DNA from: Candidatus Sysuiplasma jiujiangense | GTDB lineage: Archaea > Thermoplasmatota > Thermoplasmata > Sysuiplasmatales > Sysuiplasmataceae | NCBI GenBank assembly: GCA_019721075.1 | Contig: JAHEAD010000010.1 | Coordinates: 3,400 to 67,399 of the forward strand | DNA length: 64,000 nucleotides | Reading direction: 5' to 3' | In this document: positions 1-11,710 of the stretch, in pieces | How positions within the stretch are numbered: the stretch's first letter is position 1 | Layout of the letters: the number at the start of each line of letters is the position of its first letter | The notes under the pieces: generated by a model | Database searches by the model: none | The model's input: only the letters and a program-made list of their open reading frames with translations | What the model was told of the DNA's origin: nothing | Made by a program: the position numbers and the translations under genes

Positions 1-711
1 CTTCGGATCAGGCGTGGATGTTGCCAGATATACAGTATTCTGATCGATATCGCTGCTCAGAAATGCGCTTGCCTGAAGTGTGTTTATTGCTCTCCGGGAA
101 TCTCCCCTTGAGTAACGGACGATGTATTCAACGGCAGCCCTGCTGATGCGAATGCCCTCATTGTCTATGATCTTCTGCAGACACTTTTCTATGTCTGCAT
201 CGGCAAGAGGGGAAAACTGGAAGACTGCGCATCTGGACTGGATTGGATCTATTATCCTGCCCGGATAGTTTGCTGAGAAAATGAACCTGCAGCTCCTCGA
301 ATAAAGTTCCATCGTCCTCCTGAGAGCTGACTGGGCGTCGGGCGTAAGCGCATCGCTCTCATCCAGGAATATAATTTTGAATGAAGCATTGCCCAGAGGG
401 GCAGTTCGCGCAAAATTCTTGATCTTGCTCGGCACATTGTGCTCCGGATCCCCACGGACGATCTTTATACCCCTTTCATCGGAAGCGTTGAGTTCCATGA
501 AATTTTCCTTCCAGGACTCACCGAACAGCTCCCTGGCAAGTACTATGCTGCATGTGGTCTTGCCTGTTCCCGCGGGTCCTGCGAAGAGGAGGTGCGGAAG
601 ATTCCTGCTCTCGGCGTATGAACGCAGCCGGGACACAATGGCCCCCTGTCCCACGATGTCGTCAAATCTTTTTGGCCTGTACTTTTCAACCCAGAGTTCC
701 GTTTCGTCCAT
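1..711 (-). CDS. rfcS: Replication factor C small subunit, 3'-partial (C-terminus lies beyond the window start). It is not in the supplied ORF track because it has no in-window stop.
   Basis: Reverse-strand translation from the ATG at 711-709 gives [22 protein letters not shown]...[13 protein letters not shown]...[10 protein letters not shown]...[11 protein letters not shown]...[10 protein letters not shown]...CRFIFSANY...IDPIQSRC. These are the RFC box II-VIII motifs: Walker [14 protein letters not shown]-like Walker B, and the SRC arginine finger. Confidence 0.8.
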   Translation of the reverse strand, partial: MDETELWVEKYRPKRFDDIVGQGAIVSRLRSYAESRNLPHLLFAGPAGTGKTTCSIVLARELFGESWKENFMELNASDERGIKIVRGDPEHNVPSKIKNFARTAPLGNASFKIIFLDESDALTPDAQSALRRTMELYSRSCRFIFSANYPGRIIDPIQSRCAVFQFSPLADADIEKCLQKIIDNEGIRISRAAVEYIVRYSRGDSRRAINTLQASAFLSSDIDQNTVYLATSTPDPK

Positions 712-789
712 GAAACCGCAACATCATTGAAGAGCATACTAAAAGCGTTTTGCCCATGATGCCCGGAAAACAAAATATCTTTATTCGCG

Positions 790-1716
790 ATGCAGCTGCT
801 TAATGCCGTGAAATGTTCCTTCTGCAACCTGAATGCAATTTATTTTGCACGATACAGCGGCAGGCACTACTGCACACGGCATTTCAGCGAATCTGTAGAA
901 AAAAGGGTGAACAGGGAAGTAAGAAGACAGAATATACTGTCAAGGAATTCGACGGTATGCGTGGCTGTTTCCGGCGGGAAGGACAGCATGACAGCCCTCA
1001 AACTGATCAGGAAGGCGGCTGAAAACAGGAATGACATCAGGCTGATTGCGATTACTGTCGACGAGGGAATCACAGGCTACAGGTCAGAAGCTGCAGGGAT
1101 CGTGGGGGAGTACTGCCGCAGGGAGGGGATTGATTGGAGGTGCAGATCGTTCCGTGAAGAGGCGGGTTTCACAATGGACAGGCTTGCAGCGGCGGAGCGG
1201 CAGCGGACCACCTGCGCCTACTGCGGCGTCTTCAGAAGAAATCTGCTCAATTCAATGGCGAGGGAAGCGGGCGCGGAACGGCTGGTCACCGGACTGAATC
1301 TCGATGATACAGCACAGTCTGTAATGATGAACATGGCCAGGGGGGATACCGGAAGAATGGCAATGATGGGACCGCATTTGAATAAGGTGGAGGGCCTCGT
1401 ACCGCGTGCCCAGCCACTCCGCATGATACCTGAAAATGAAGTTCTCCTCTTTGCAATGCAGAACGGCATACCGTTTCTTCGATCGTCATGCCCTTACTCG
1501 GAAGAAGCCTCAAGAAACCTTTTCAGGGAAATCGTCCTGAAAATGGAGAGCGAAATGCCGGGAGCAAGATACTCCATTGCCAAATCTGCCGCCTCCTTTT
1601 CATCCGCGCGGAAGAAAATGAATGCGTCTAAATGCACGGCATGCGGCGATATCACCTCCGGGAATGTGTGCAGGGCGTGCACACTCAGGGAGGAGCTGAA
1701 GCACATACTCAACTGA
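790..1716 (+). CDS. PP-loop ATPase of the TtuA/NcsA (tRNA 2-thiolation) family with N- and C-terminal Cys clusters
   Basis: It has N-terminal CxxC..C..H, the SGGKDS PP-loop motif, and the C-terminal CTACG...CRAC cluster typical of TtuA/NcsA-like tRNA sulfurtransferases. Confidence 0.6.
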   Translation: MQLLNAVKCSFCNLNAIYFARYSGRHYCTRHFSESVEKRVNREVRRQNILSRNSTVCVAVSGGKDSMTALKLIRKAAENRNDIRLIAITVDEGITGYRSEAAGIVGEYCRREGIDWRCRSFREEAGFTMDRLAAAERQRTTCAYCGVFRRNLLNSMAREAGAERLVTGLNLDDTAQSVMMNMARGDTGRMAMMGPHLNKVEGLVPRAQPLRMIPENEVLLFAMQNGIPFLRSSCPYSEEASRNLFREIVLKMESEMPGARYSIAKSAASFSSARKKMNASKCTACGDITSGNVCRACTLREELKHILN

Positions 1717-3007
1717 TCGAGCGAAGGAAATGCTCGTACCTGTAAGCAGGGTAGCCTTCACCATAACAGTATTTCAGCCTGCTGTAGCGGCGTTTGAACT
1801 TCACCACATCCTTCCTGACCGAAGCAACATCCTCCTTCCTTATCAGCAGTCTCTCGAAGAAAGATGCTATCTCCTCCATTTCATCCTTCTTCATCCCCAG
1901 ATGCGTCACTTCCTGCGTTCCCAATCTCAGACCGCTCGGATTCACCGAACTGGTGTCGTCCGGAAGAAGATTCTTGTTGACGATTATATTCGCCTTTTCG
2001 AGGAGCGTCGCGCATCCGCTGCCTCCCCCGATCTTCGAAACATTTACGGCCAGTGTGTGAGACTCTGTGAAACCGTAATTGGAGGCAAGAACATCGAAAC
2101 CCCTGTCATAGAGGGACTGCGCAAGCGCCTTCGAGTTGGCGACGATCTGCCTTGCATAGCTCCTGCCGAACCTTATCATTTCATCGAGCGCTATGCAGAG
2201 CGCGGCCATCTCATGCAGATGGTGGTTGCTTGTCACGCCGGGAAAAACGCCGCGCATAAGAGCCTTCTCCATCTCCTCGCTTTTGGGATTTGCGAGGACT
2301 ATGCCGTGATTTGGACCGGGAAACGTCTTGTGGGTGCTCGCCGATATAACATGCGCGCCTTCCCTCAGCGGGTCCTGGAACTGTTTTCCCGCAATCAGTC
2401 CGAGAACATGGGCACCGTCATACCAGACAGTGCATCCCACTTCACTGAAAACATCCGAAAGCTCCCTGAGCGGAGCGGGAAACAGGAAAAGCGACATGCC
2501 GAAGAGCGCAACCTTCGGTTTCACTTCCCTCAGTACTTTTGCCGTGCCGTCAATATCGAGCGCCATTCTTTCCCTGTCGAACGGATATGTCACCGTCTTC
2601 AGTCCCCTGAAGCCCACTGCGCCGAACCTTGCTGTTGAAATGTGTGCCCCGTCAGACAGCGCCGGTGCGGTAATTGTTTCGCCCGGAGCGGTCAGGCCGA
2701 AAAGAACAGCCATATTTGCGACTGTGCCCGATATTGGCCTGAGGTCGGCGAAATTGCAGTTGAAGAGCTTCTTTGCGAGCTCGATACCCTTCAGCTCCAC
2801 CCTGTCCACAAACTCGTTTCCCTGGTAGTACCTGTGACCGGGCCATCCCTCGGCGTATCTTCCGTTGAAGTCCGAGTTGAGCATTTCCCGCTGAAGGGGG
2901 CTTATAACATTCTCCGATGCAATGAGCGGAATTGATTCTTCAAAAAATCTGTTGTGCCTCATCACATTGTCCCGAACATAGGCGGAACTTCTCGATATTC
3001 CCTTCAT
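1709..3007 (-). CDS. glyA: Serine hydroxymethyltransferase
   Basis: It carries PLIASENVIS, the PLP-lysine region STHKTFPGP, and GQE...HLG. The true start may be the internal Met (MRHNRFF) at about 2962. Confidence 0.85.
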   Translation of the reverse strand: MKGISRSSAYVRDNVMRHNRFFEESIPLIASENVISPLQREMLNSDFNGRYAEGWPGHRYYQGNEFVDRVELKGIELAKKLFNCNFADLRPISGTVANMAVLFGLTAPGETITAPALSDGAHISTARFGAVGFRGLKTVTYPFDRERMALDIDGTAKVLREVKPKVALFGMSLFLFPAPLRELSDVFSEVGCTVWYDGAHVLGLIAGKQFQDPLREGAHVISASTHKTFPGPNHGIVLANPKSEEMEKALMRGVFPGVTSNHHLHEMAALCIALDEMIRFGRSYARQIVANSKALAQSLYDRGFDVLASNYGFTESHTLAVNVSKIGGGSGCATLLEKANIIVNKNLLPDDTSSVNPSGLRLGTQEVTHLGMKKDEMEEIASFFERLLIRKEDVASVRKDVVKFKRRYSRLKYCYGEGYPAYRYEHFLRSIS

Positions 3008-3117
3008 ATTGGAGGACTAAGCAAGCTGACCATTTAATTATATTGAAGGCCGGGAGCTGAAGGAGGAGGGCAGGCATGATACTGAAAGCGAGGGAATCTG
3101 ACAGACACCAATAAATA

Positions 3118-3885
3118 TTGATTAGAAGCATCCGAAAAGAAAGTGATAAATTGGGTGGTGACGGACCGGAGACTGAAATCGCAAGGATACCGACCAATAT
3201 CGAGGGGTTTGACGCCGAGCTTGAGGGCGGCATACCATTCGGCTCGATAGTTCTTATTGCCGGAACACCGGGAACGATGAAGTCGACAGTTGCGTTCAAC
3301 ATGATGTATTCCAATGCAGTGAGTAAAAAAGTGCGCGGCGTCTACCTTACGCTGGAGCAGAACAGAATCAGTCTTGAGAGACAGATGAGGCGATTCGGCA
3401 TGAGTGTCGAGTCCGGCGGTGACAGAATGCGAGTGCTGGATTTCGGCATAGTGCGGAAGAATCTCAAACAGCTTACAGCAAAGAGGAGCTGGCTCGAAGT
3501 TTTCAAGATGTACGTGACAAATCTCAAGGACAGCGTTTCCTTCGACTTTCTCGTCATAGATTCGCTGGACGTGCTGGAAACCGCAGCCAGCCTGCAGAAC
3601 AGAAGAGACGAGCTGTTCTACTTCTTTGAGTGGATGAGGGGACTCGATTCCACCGTCCTCCTTACAATGGAGTCTCCTGCCGACAGGATAGCCCACATGG
3701 GAAAGGACGAAACATATCTTGCCGACGGCATTATTGCGCTTTCGACACAGGATTTGAGCGACGTAGACGTGCAGAGGAGGATAAGATGCATGAAGATGAG
3801 GGCGACAAACCACAGCATGGACTCATTTACATTCCTGTTTGAAAACGGCAGATTCATGGCGATAAGAGCCATATCCAAGCCATGA
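3118..3885 (+). CDS. Single-domain KaiC/RecA-superfamily ATPase (archaeal KaiC-like)
   Basis: GFDAELEGGIPFGSIVLIAGTPGTMKST is the KaiC-type dimerisation and Walker A block. Walker B is hhhhD (FLVIDSLD). Length is about 255 aa. Confidence 0.6.
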   Translation: MIRSIRKESDKLGGDGPETEIARIPTNIEGFDAELEGGIPFGSIVLIAGTPGTMKSTVAFNMMYSNAVSKKVRGVYLTLEQNRISLERQMRRFGMSVESGGDRMRVLDFGIVRKNLKQLTAKRSWLEVFKMYVTNLKDSVSFDFLVIDSLDVLETAASLQNRRDELFYFFEWMRGLDSTVLLTMESPADRIAHMGKDETYLADGIIALSTQDLSDVDVQRRIRCMKMRATNHSMDSFTFLFENGRFMAIRAISKP

Positions 3886-4028
3886 CAGAACGAACATCCA
3901 GGCCGTTGCAGATGAAACTGGGAAGAATCATTCCGCCGCGGCGCGCAGCCGCTTGCGGATAAAGGATTTTCGGCCGGCTCGTCTGACGCTGTTGGTGGAC
4001 TCTCTGCGTTTGCACACTTGATATACAA

Positions 4029-5496
<1,468 letters not shown>

Positions 5497-6576
5497 CTGG
5501 CCGCATAAATGCGGCTGGGCAATCGCCCGATATTATTCATGAATTGGCAAAGAGACACTCACATCAACCAACAACGTCAGAATCGAGAGTTCACGGCCAG
5601 CCGGGGTTCTCGATTCCCCACTAATGTGAACGATTACGAACAGATTTGTTTCACAGCAGGCACAATGCCAGCTCACAATCTCGCCGGTAATCAGTTCAGT
5701 AACAGATGCTAAGAAGCAATGGGTATTTATTGCTTGCTGTCAGCTGATTTGCTTGTTCCCGACCCGGATGGCACATATTTGATTACTGCGTTACTCTCAG
5801 AAGATCCAAAGCGGCGAAACCCCGGAACAGGTTTTTTATTTTGGCGCCAGATTGGGTTTCGGGAGCAAGGTCACCAAATACGCTATGATGCTTATGGGCT
5901 TTTGGCACCCTTCTGATCAACGGAGGGATGTGTTGAGGGGGTGCATTCTTATCCCTCTCATTTATGAGTTTTCTCATTGCCTCATGGAAATATGAAGGAA
6001 TCGAGCAGCGTCTGCATGAAGCACGACGCCTTCCTCACCGTGCTCTTCACTCTCGCCTTTATTCCCGTCTCCTTCGTGCTGCCTGATGTGTGTTTGTGGT
6101 GGCCATATCCCCGCAGCCTTGCCATGAATTCCTTACTGCATCTTTTGCAGACAAATTTCTGGTTCTACACACCGCTAAGCTGGGTAAACGTAAATGTGAC
6201 AATAACGAAAATATTACCGGTCAGAGAAACAGGGCATTCTGTTTCTTCTTTTTCCGCCCTTGAAGCGCCGGAGACACTGGTCATGGCTTCAACAAGGCAC
6301 TGAGTTTTTGATTTTGTGATTAAACTTGTTGGTGTCTGAGACGAAACTGCACTCAAGGTTCGATTGACGGCCCTTTTTCGATGGGGAATGGTGTCGTCCC
6401 GAAGTGGTCATCCGCCAGACTGTTGAGATTCAGCGTACCGGTCTCTATTTCATCTGTGTTACCAGCACGGAGAATTTGCTGCCTAAACACCGAAAACATC
6501 TGAATTCAGGAGCAAATCCTTTGATAACAAAGAAATTAAAAGCATACAGTCATACAGGAAAGCGGGATGCGCTCAG

Positions 6577-8052
6577 ATGGTTGAGGCTGCGTTTAGATCG
6601 GATGCCGGAAAGGATGACGACAATACAGACCTGGAACAGGAAGGCGTCGTTTTCGGAAAAACAGGCACCTATAAATTCGATTTTGTGGTAACAGGCGAAA
6701 TTGAACGGAACAATTACATCCAGGTCCGGCACCATGAACACGGATGGCTCCTCGCATACGTGAACGAGGTGCAGATACAGACGGACCTGTCTGATGGGGG
6801 TGCAAAGAGAATTGGTGCAGGTGAGGAAATACAGTTTGAGAGATCGGACATAGGGCATGCCTCCGTCATCGGTTTTCCGGACGGCCGCGGAGGAATGTCC
6901 CAGCCCGGAACACCGGTTGCGCCCGGGAGCCGGGTTTTCAGGGCTTCTGATGAACTGATATCCAGCACGCTCGGACTGAACAACAGGAAAAACGGTGCCT
7001 TCATAGGACACCTCAGAGGGAGAAATATTCCCGTCGTCCTCGACATAAACGTGATGGTTCAGAAGCACATCTCCGTAATGGCCAAGACCGGCGGAGGGAA
7101 AAGCTACCTCGCCGGCGTGATAATCGAGGAGATGATTAAGAACGGTGTTACCGTTGTGATACTTGACCCACATGGCGAATACGGAACTCTGAGGGAGAGG
7201 AGGAGTGCAGCTGACGCCTCATGTGATTACCCGGGCATCGTAAGGGAATTTGCATTCGACACCGAAATAAACAGCGGCGCCTCAAAGATGCTGCTGACGC
7301 TGTCAAACTTCACACCCCAGGAATTACTCTCTCTTACCTCATTCAGGGAGAGCAGACAGCACCTGATGCTTCTGACCGCGGTAATGGAAGAGGCGAAAAG
7401 CGGCGGCAGCTGCGATCTGCGCATGATTGCGGAAAAACTCGATAGTGCGGACAGCCAGTATTCAAAGCAGCTCGCGTCGGAGCTTAGATCGATTGACGGC
7501 ACCGGCATATTTGTCACGGAAGGCACAAAGATAACGGAAATGGTAGTTCAGGGGAAGACGACAGTGCTCAATCTCAAGGGAACCTCTCCGGAACTTCAGT
7601 CTCTTTTCGTCAAAAGGATGCTGACCGCACTCTTCGAACTCAGGAAAAGGAAGAAAATCCCGCCACTGCTCGCTGTTTTGGAGGAGGCGCATAACTTCTG
7701 CCCGCAGCAGGGGAAAACCGATGCCAGCAGAATAATACGGACAATCGCATCAGAGGGAAGGAAATTCGGACTCGGTCTTATGGTGATAACACAGCGCGCT
7801 GCAAAGGTGGACAAGAATGTAATCAGCCAGTGCAACACGCAGTTCATACTCAAGATAACAAATCCGATAGACCTGAAGGTCGTCTACAGCTCAATCGAGG
7901 GGCTTACGCAGGAAATTGTCGAGGAGGTTCCCAGGCTACAGACGGGCGTATGCATAGGCATAGGCGGTGGACTTCAGCTTCCGATGATCATCGAAGTGCG
8001 CGAGAGGGAAACGGTCCATGGCGGAGACAGCACAAACGTGGTGAACGGATGA
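6577..8052 (+). CDS. HerA-like / DUF87-family P-loop ATPase (HAS-barrel N-domain plus FtsK/HerA-type ATPase)
   Basis: It has an N-terminal beta-rich barrel region, then Walker A ISVMAKTGGGKSY and the Walker B region LLAVLEEAHNF, then MVITQRAAKVDKNVISQCNTQFILKITNPIDL typical of HerA/DUF87 ATPases. No NurA-like nuclease is adjacent. Confidence 0.6.
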   Translation: MVEAAFRSDAGKDDDNTDLEQEGVVFGKTGTYKFDFVVTGEIERNNYIQVRHHEHGWLLAYVNEVQIQTDLSDGGAKRIGAGEEIQFERSDIGHASVIGFPDGRGGMSQPGTPVAPGSRVFRASDELISSTLGLNNRKNGAFIGHLRGRNIPVVLDINVMVQKHISVMAKTGGGKSYLAGVIIEEMIKNGVTVVILDPHGEYGTLRERRSAADASCDYPGIVREFAFDTEINSGASKMLLTLSNFTPQELLSLTSFRESRQHLMLLTAVMEEAKSGGSCDLRMIAEKLDSADSQYSKQLASELRSIDGTGIFVTEGTKITEMVVQGKTTVLNLKGTSPELQSLFVKRMLTALFELRKRKKIPPLLAVLEEAHNFCPQQGKTDASRIIRTIASEGRKFGLGLMVITQRAAKVDKNVISQCNTQFILKITNPIDLKVVYSSIEGLTQEIVEEVPRLQTGVCIGIGGGLQLPMIIEVRERETVHGGDSTNVVNG

Positions 8053-8345
8053 AGAATGACAGAATAACGGAAGAGAAGATAGGCAAGTACACCCGGATGA
8101 CAGCGGCTGCGCTGCAGAAGATAAGCATAGCCATACCGGAACAGGGCTCGCTCAGAAGGAATGCCGATGACTTCCTCAGAATGGCGACGAACTACTTCAA
8201 CGACTCCAGGCACTTTTATTCGAAGGGCGATCTTGTGAACGCTTTTGCCTGCATCAACTATGCTTACGGCTGGATAGACGCCGGTGCAAGGTTGGGCTTC
8301 TTCAACGTAGGTGCCGACAGCGTGATGTTCACGCTTTCCGTCTGA
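8049..8345 (+). CDS. Small hypothetical protein (98 aa) translationally coupled to the HerA-like ATPase by an ATGA overlap
   Basis: Its ATG (8049-8051) overlaps the TGA of the upstream gene (8050-8052). The protein is MKNDRITEEKIGKYTR...ACINYAYGWIDAGARLGFFNV and is predicted helical with no recognised motif. Confidence 0.4.
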   Translation: MKNDRITEEKIGKYTRMTAAALQKISIAIPEQGSLRRNADDFLRMATNYFNDSRHFYSKGDLVNAFACINYAYGWIDAGARLGFFNVGADSVMFTLSV

Positions 8346-8367
8346 CGAACGGATACCGGCTGCGCGG

Positions 8368-9549
8368 TTATTTGAGACGTGCGACCTTCGCAATCAGGGC
8401 TTCCGCGAGCTCCCTCTTTGTCCCTGTGACTGTCTGCACACCGTCCGCGTCGATTATATGCGCCCTCGTGTTTTCAGCAGAGACATCATCAAGGCTGTTC
8501 GCCACAATGATGTCGAACTTTCCTTTCCTCATCCTCTTCCTTGCGCTTTCAATTACATGCGCGTCGTCGCCTATTTCTGCCTTGAACGCAACGAGCGCCC
8601 TGCATCTGTCTCTCACCTCGTCCACGAACTTGGGAGCCCTCTTCAGCCTCAGTGACAGTTCACTCCCCGAAGATATTTTGCCGCTCCTCTTCTCAGGCAC
8701 AAAATCCGGAAGTGAAGCCGGAACAATGACTATGTCAAATTTTCTGCCGGATATATTCGCGCTCAGATCGGAGAGCCTCCGGAATGGCCTTGAACCGACA
8801 AATGAGGGTATCTCGGCATCCATCCTGCCGTACCAGAGCATAACGTTTGCCTTCTGCTCATATGCACAGGTTGCGATTTCGACAGCAGTCCTGCCGCTGC
8901 TCCTGCTTGTAATAAAGCGGACATCGTCGAATGACTCCTCGCCCGCTCCGCCGACGACAAGCACGTTTCTCCTCTTCAGAAGGCCGGCAGAAAAACACCG
9001 TGATGCCTCGGCGAGTATCGTGCTCGCATCAAGCAGTTTGGCCTCGTTTTCCGCCACGACTGCGGGAAGCACGTTTATCCCCTGCCTTCTCAGCCTTTCC
9101 ATATTCACCTTCACAAAGGGGTTGTCCATCATCGATGCACCCATCGAAGGTGCCACAATCATCGGCACTCCGCAGCCCAGAGCATTCAGGCAGAGCGCGC
9201 TCACTGCATCGTCCGCAAGGCCATGCGAAATCTTGCCGATAATATCGGCAGTTGCAGGTGCAACGATAACAGCGACACGTTCCCCGGAAACAGCCGAAAT
9301 GTGCTCGACCGCACCGGTAAGCGATGTGACGGGTTCGTTGCCGCTTGCGAAATGGAGCGCATCCGGACAGATTATTCTGCATGCGGCCTCCGTCATGAAA
9401 GGTACAACCCTCGCTCCGTGCCTGATCAGCTCGCGGGCAAGTTTCACTGTCTCTGTGGCAGCAATGCTTCCGGTAACGCACAGCAGTATGGTGTTTCCAC
9501 CGAGTCTCCGGTCCTTGCTGCCAAAAATCCTTTCAGAAGGGTGCATCAC
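8368..9549 (-). CDS. coaBC: Bifunctional phosphopantothenoylcysteine decarboxylase / phosphopantothenate-cysteine ligase
   Basis: The N-terminal flavoprotein motif LLCVTGSIAA...PFMTEAA is followed by a C-terminal CoaB-like ligase domain (VLVVGGAGEES...). Confidence 0.8.
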   Translation of the reverse strand: MMHPSERIFGSKDRRLGGNTILLCVTGSIAATETVKLARELIRHGARVVPFMTEAACRIICPDALHFASGNEPVTSLTGAVEHISAVSGERVAVIVAPATADIIGKISHGLADDAVSALCLNALGCGVPMIVAPSMGASMMDNPFVKVNMERLRRQGINVLPAVVAENEAKLLDASTILAEASRCFSAGLLKRRNVLVVGGAGEESFDDVRFITSRSSGRTAVEIATCAYEQKANVMLWYGRMDAEIPSFVGSRPFRRLSDLSANISGRKFDIVIVPASLPDFVPEKRSGKISSGSELSLRLKRAPKFVDEVRDRCRALVAFKAEIGDDAHVIESARKRMRKGKFDIIVANSLDDVSAENTRAHIIDADGVQTVTGTKRELAEALIAKVARLK

Positions 9550-10181
9550 TTCACTTCCAGGCTTCTCTTTATGAACACAAGTGCATCTTTCTGCACATCT
9601 TCAATCTGTCTGTCGGAATTTATCCTTATCTTCCTTCCACAGAATCGTTCATATTCCCTGCTGTAAATGCGTGAAACCTCACCCAGGAAATCTTCCGATT
9701 CAAAGTCAGACCGTCCTGACTTTCTTGCAATTACCCGGCGCATGGCGGCGGACGGCGTGCTTTCCAGATATACGAGTATATCGGGTATACCCAGAAACGG
9801 TTCGTTTATCGAACGCAGCCATTCATTCATGTCGATACCGCGCATCGAGAACTGCGCGCCCTGATAGGCAAGTGTTGACATGAAATACCTGTCGCAGAGC
9901 ACGGTTCTCCCTTCGGCTGCCCATTTTTCCATCAGGAGCGTGTGGCCTGCCCTGTCACAGGTGAACAGAAGGGCACTGCATCTGATGGCATCAATGCGCG
10001 ACTTCGAGAAGAACGATTCGAAACCTCTTGCCGTCTCCAGTACCTTTCTGTCATACGGCTCGGAGGTGAGCTTTACACTCATTTCCTTCCTCAGCTTTGA
10101 GTACACGTAACGCGAAACGGATGTTTTACCGCTTCCGTCAATGCCCTCAAAAACAACAATGGCTGATTTTTTTCTCGCCAT
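9546..10181 (-). CDS. tmk: Thymidylate kinase
   Basis: The P-loop IVVFEGIDGSGKTS matches dTMP kinase, and LID-region arginines are present. The ORF-track start at 10217 probably over-extends; the likely start is MARKKSAIVV. Confidence 0.75.
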   Translation of the reverse strand: MARKKSAIVVFEGIDGSGKTSVSRYVYSKLRKEMSVKLTSEPYDRKVLETARGFESFFSKSRIDAIRCSALLFTCDRAGHTLLMEKWAAEGRTVLCDRYFMSTLAYQGAQFSMRGIDMNEWLRSINEPFLGIPDILVYLESTPSAAMRRVIARKSGRSDFESEDFLGEVSRIYSREYERFCGRKIRINSDRQIEDVQKDALVFIKRSLEVK

Positions 10182-10249
10182 CTTACCCCCATACTGCCAG
10201 GTATATTGAATAAACACGTACCGTGAGAACTGTGAATCCTCCGGACCTG

Positions 10250-11710
10250 CTATGCGCCGCCAATCCTCCCGAAATCCTTCCAGGTGAAAACCATTTCCCT
10301 GGCTGCCTTCACCTCATTTATCCTCTTTCTGGGTGTCGAATGAGGAGAGTTTTTGAGGAGTTCTGCCGGCTCCCCGGCGATCCTGTTGAACGCATCGGCA
10401 ACGAAATCCACGGACTGCTTTGACAGGTTTTCTGTAGGCTCTATCATCAGCGCTTCGCCTACAATGAGAGGAAAGTATATCGTGGGGGGATGGACTCCAT
10501 AATCTATCAGTCTCTTGGATATGTCCAGTGCGGTTATGCCCTTTTCCGACTTCAGTCTGCCTGCACTCGCCACAAACTCGTGCTTCTTCAGCCTCTTATA
10601 CGGAATTTCGAACGAGGAGGACAGTCTGGCCATCAGATAATTTGAATTGAGAACCGCCTGTTCGCTGTTGCGCCTTAGGCCGTCCTTTCCATTGAGCAGG
10701 ATGTAGACATATGCCCTGAGGAGTATGCCGAAATTGCCGTAGAAGGAATGAAGCTTTCCTATACTGTCCGGCCTGCTGTAGTCAAAACTGTAGCGGCTGC
10801 CCTTCTTCACAATCCTCGGCACGGGAAGAAATCTTGAAAGATGTTTCTTCACCCCGACGGGGCCTGCCCCCGGTCCGCCGCCTCCATGCGGTGTCGCAAA
10901 TGTCTTGTGCAGGTTGAAATGGACTATGTCGAAGCCCATGAGGCCCGGACTGGTTTTGCCCACAATTGCGTTCATGTTTGCGCCGTCATAATAGAGCAGA
11001 CCTCCCCTGCCGTGCACGATGTCCGCAATCTCCTCGACCTTCTCCTCGAAAAGGCCGAGCGTATTGGGATTGGTGAGCATGAGAGCGGCAACATCATCTG
11101 TCATCGCTTCCCTCAGTATCTTGGTGTCGACCATGCCTCTGTCTGACGGAAGCTCGACAACCTCGTATCCTGCCATGGCAGCGCTCGCCGGATTGGTCCC
11201 ATGCGCCGAATCCGGTACAAGAACGCGTTTCCTGGTTTCGCCCAGACTCCTGAAATGTGCTCGCGTAATCAGCATGCCGGCAAATTCACCCTGGGCACCT
11301 CCTGCCGGCTGGAGGCTCACCTCATCCATGCCGGAGATTTCTGCGAGGTATCTTTCGAGCTCGTACATCAGGCGGAGGGCCCCCTGCGCCGTTTCCGCCG
11401 GCTGAAGCGGATGCAGTCTGGTCACCTTGTTATCGGAAGCAATGTTCTCGGAAATCTTCGGGTTGTATTTCATCGTACAGGAACCGAGTAGGTGCGGGCC
11501 GTTGTCAACGGAATAATTCATCTGAGAGAGGTTAACATAATGCCTCATGAGATCGCGTTCAGATATGCCGGGAAGATTCAGCTCCCGCCTGTTGAGTCTT
11601 CCCTTGTCGATTCTCTCTGACGCGGGAACTTTCCTGTCGAAACCGAAGACCGGAGGCGAGTGTATTTCGTTCAGCAGCGGCTCGTCCCACTCAGCCTGAG
11701 CGAAAGTCAT
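10250..11710 (-). CDS. gcvPB: Glycine dehydrogenase (decarboxylating) subunit 2 (glycine cleavage P-protein, C-terminal subunit)
   Basis: The sequence is MTFAQAEWDEPLLNEIHSPP...CTMKYNPK...PLI; a PLP-lysine region is expected further downstream. The start overlaps the gcvPA stop by 4 nt. Confidence 0.85.
   Translation of the reverse strand: MTFAQAEWDEPLLNEIHSPPVFGFDRKVPASERIDKGRLNRRELNLPGISERDLMRHYVNLSQMNYSVDNGPHLLGSCTMKYNPKISENIASDNKVTRLHPLQPAETAQGALRLMYELERYLAEISGMDEVSLQPAGGAQGEFAGMLITRAHFRSLGETRKRVLVPDSAHGTNPASAAMAGYEVVELPSDRGMVDTKILREAMTDDVAALMLTNPNTLGLFEEKVEEIADIVHGRGGLLYYDGANMNAIVGKTSPGLMGFDIVHFNLHKTFATPHGGGGPGAGPVGVKKHLSRFLPVPRIVKKGSRYSFDYSRPDSIGKLHSFYGNFGILLRAYVYILLNGKDGLRRNSEQAVLNSNYLMARLSSSFEIPYKRLKKHEFVASAGRLKSEKGITALDISKRLIDYGVHPPTIYFPLIVGEALMIEPTENLSKQSVDFVADAFNRIAGEPAELLKNSPHSTPRKRINEVKAAREMVFTWKDFGRIGGA

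Noticed and set aside
1730-2638. A 302-aa plus-strand ORF antisense to glyA, and similar long antisense ORFs opposite coaBC (8372-9574), dnaJ (28039-28845), dnaK (29473-29955), thermosome (32665-33066), gcvPB and others
   Set aside because: They are fully contained in well-supported genes on the opposite strand, have biased Ser/Arg/Ala composition and no motifs, and are shadow ORFs.
5977-6303. A 108-aa ORF and a minus-strand C2H2-like peptide (FVCKRCSKEF...GHHKH) in the 16S upstream leader region
   Set aside because: There is no usable start codon for the zinc-finger-like frame, and the region is the expected long rRNA leader or promoter. The 108-aa ORF has no motifs and poor composition.
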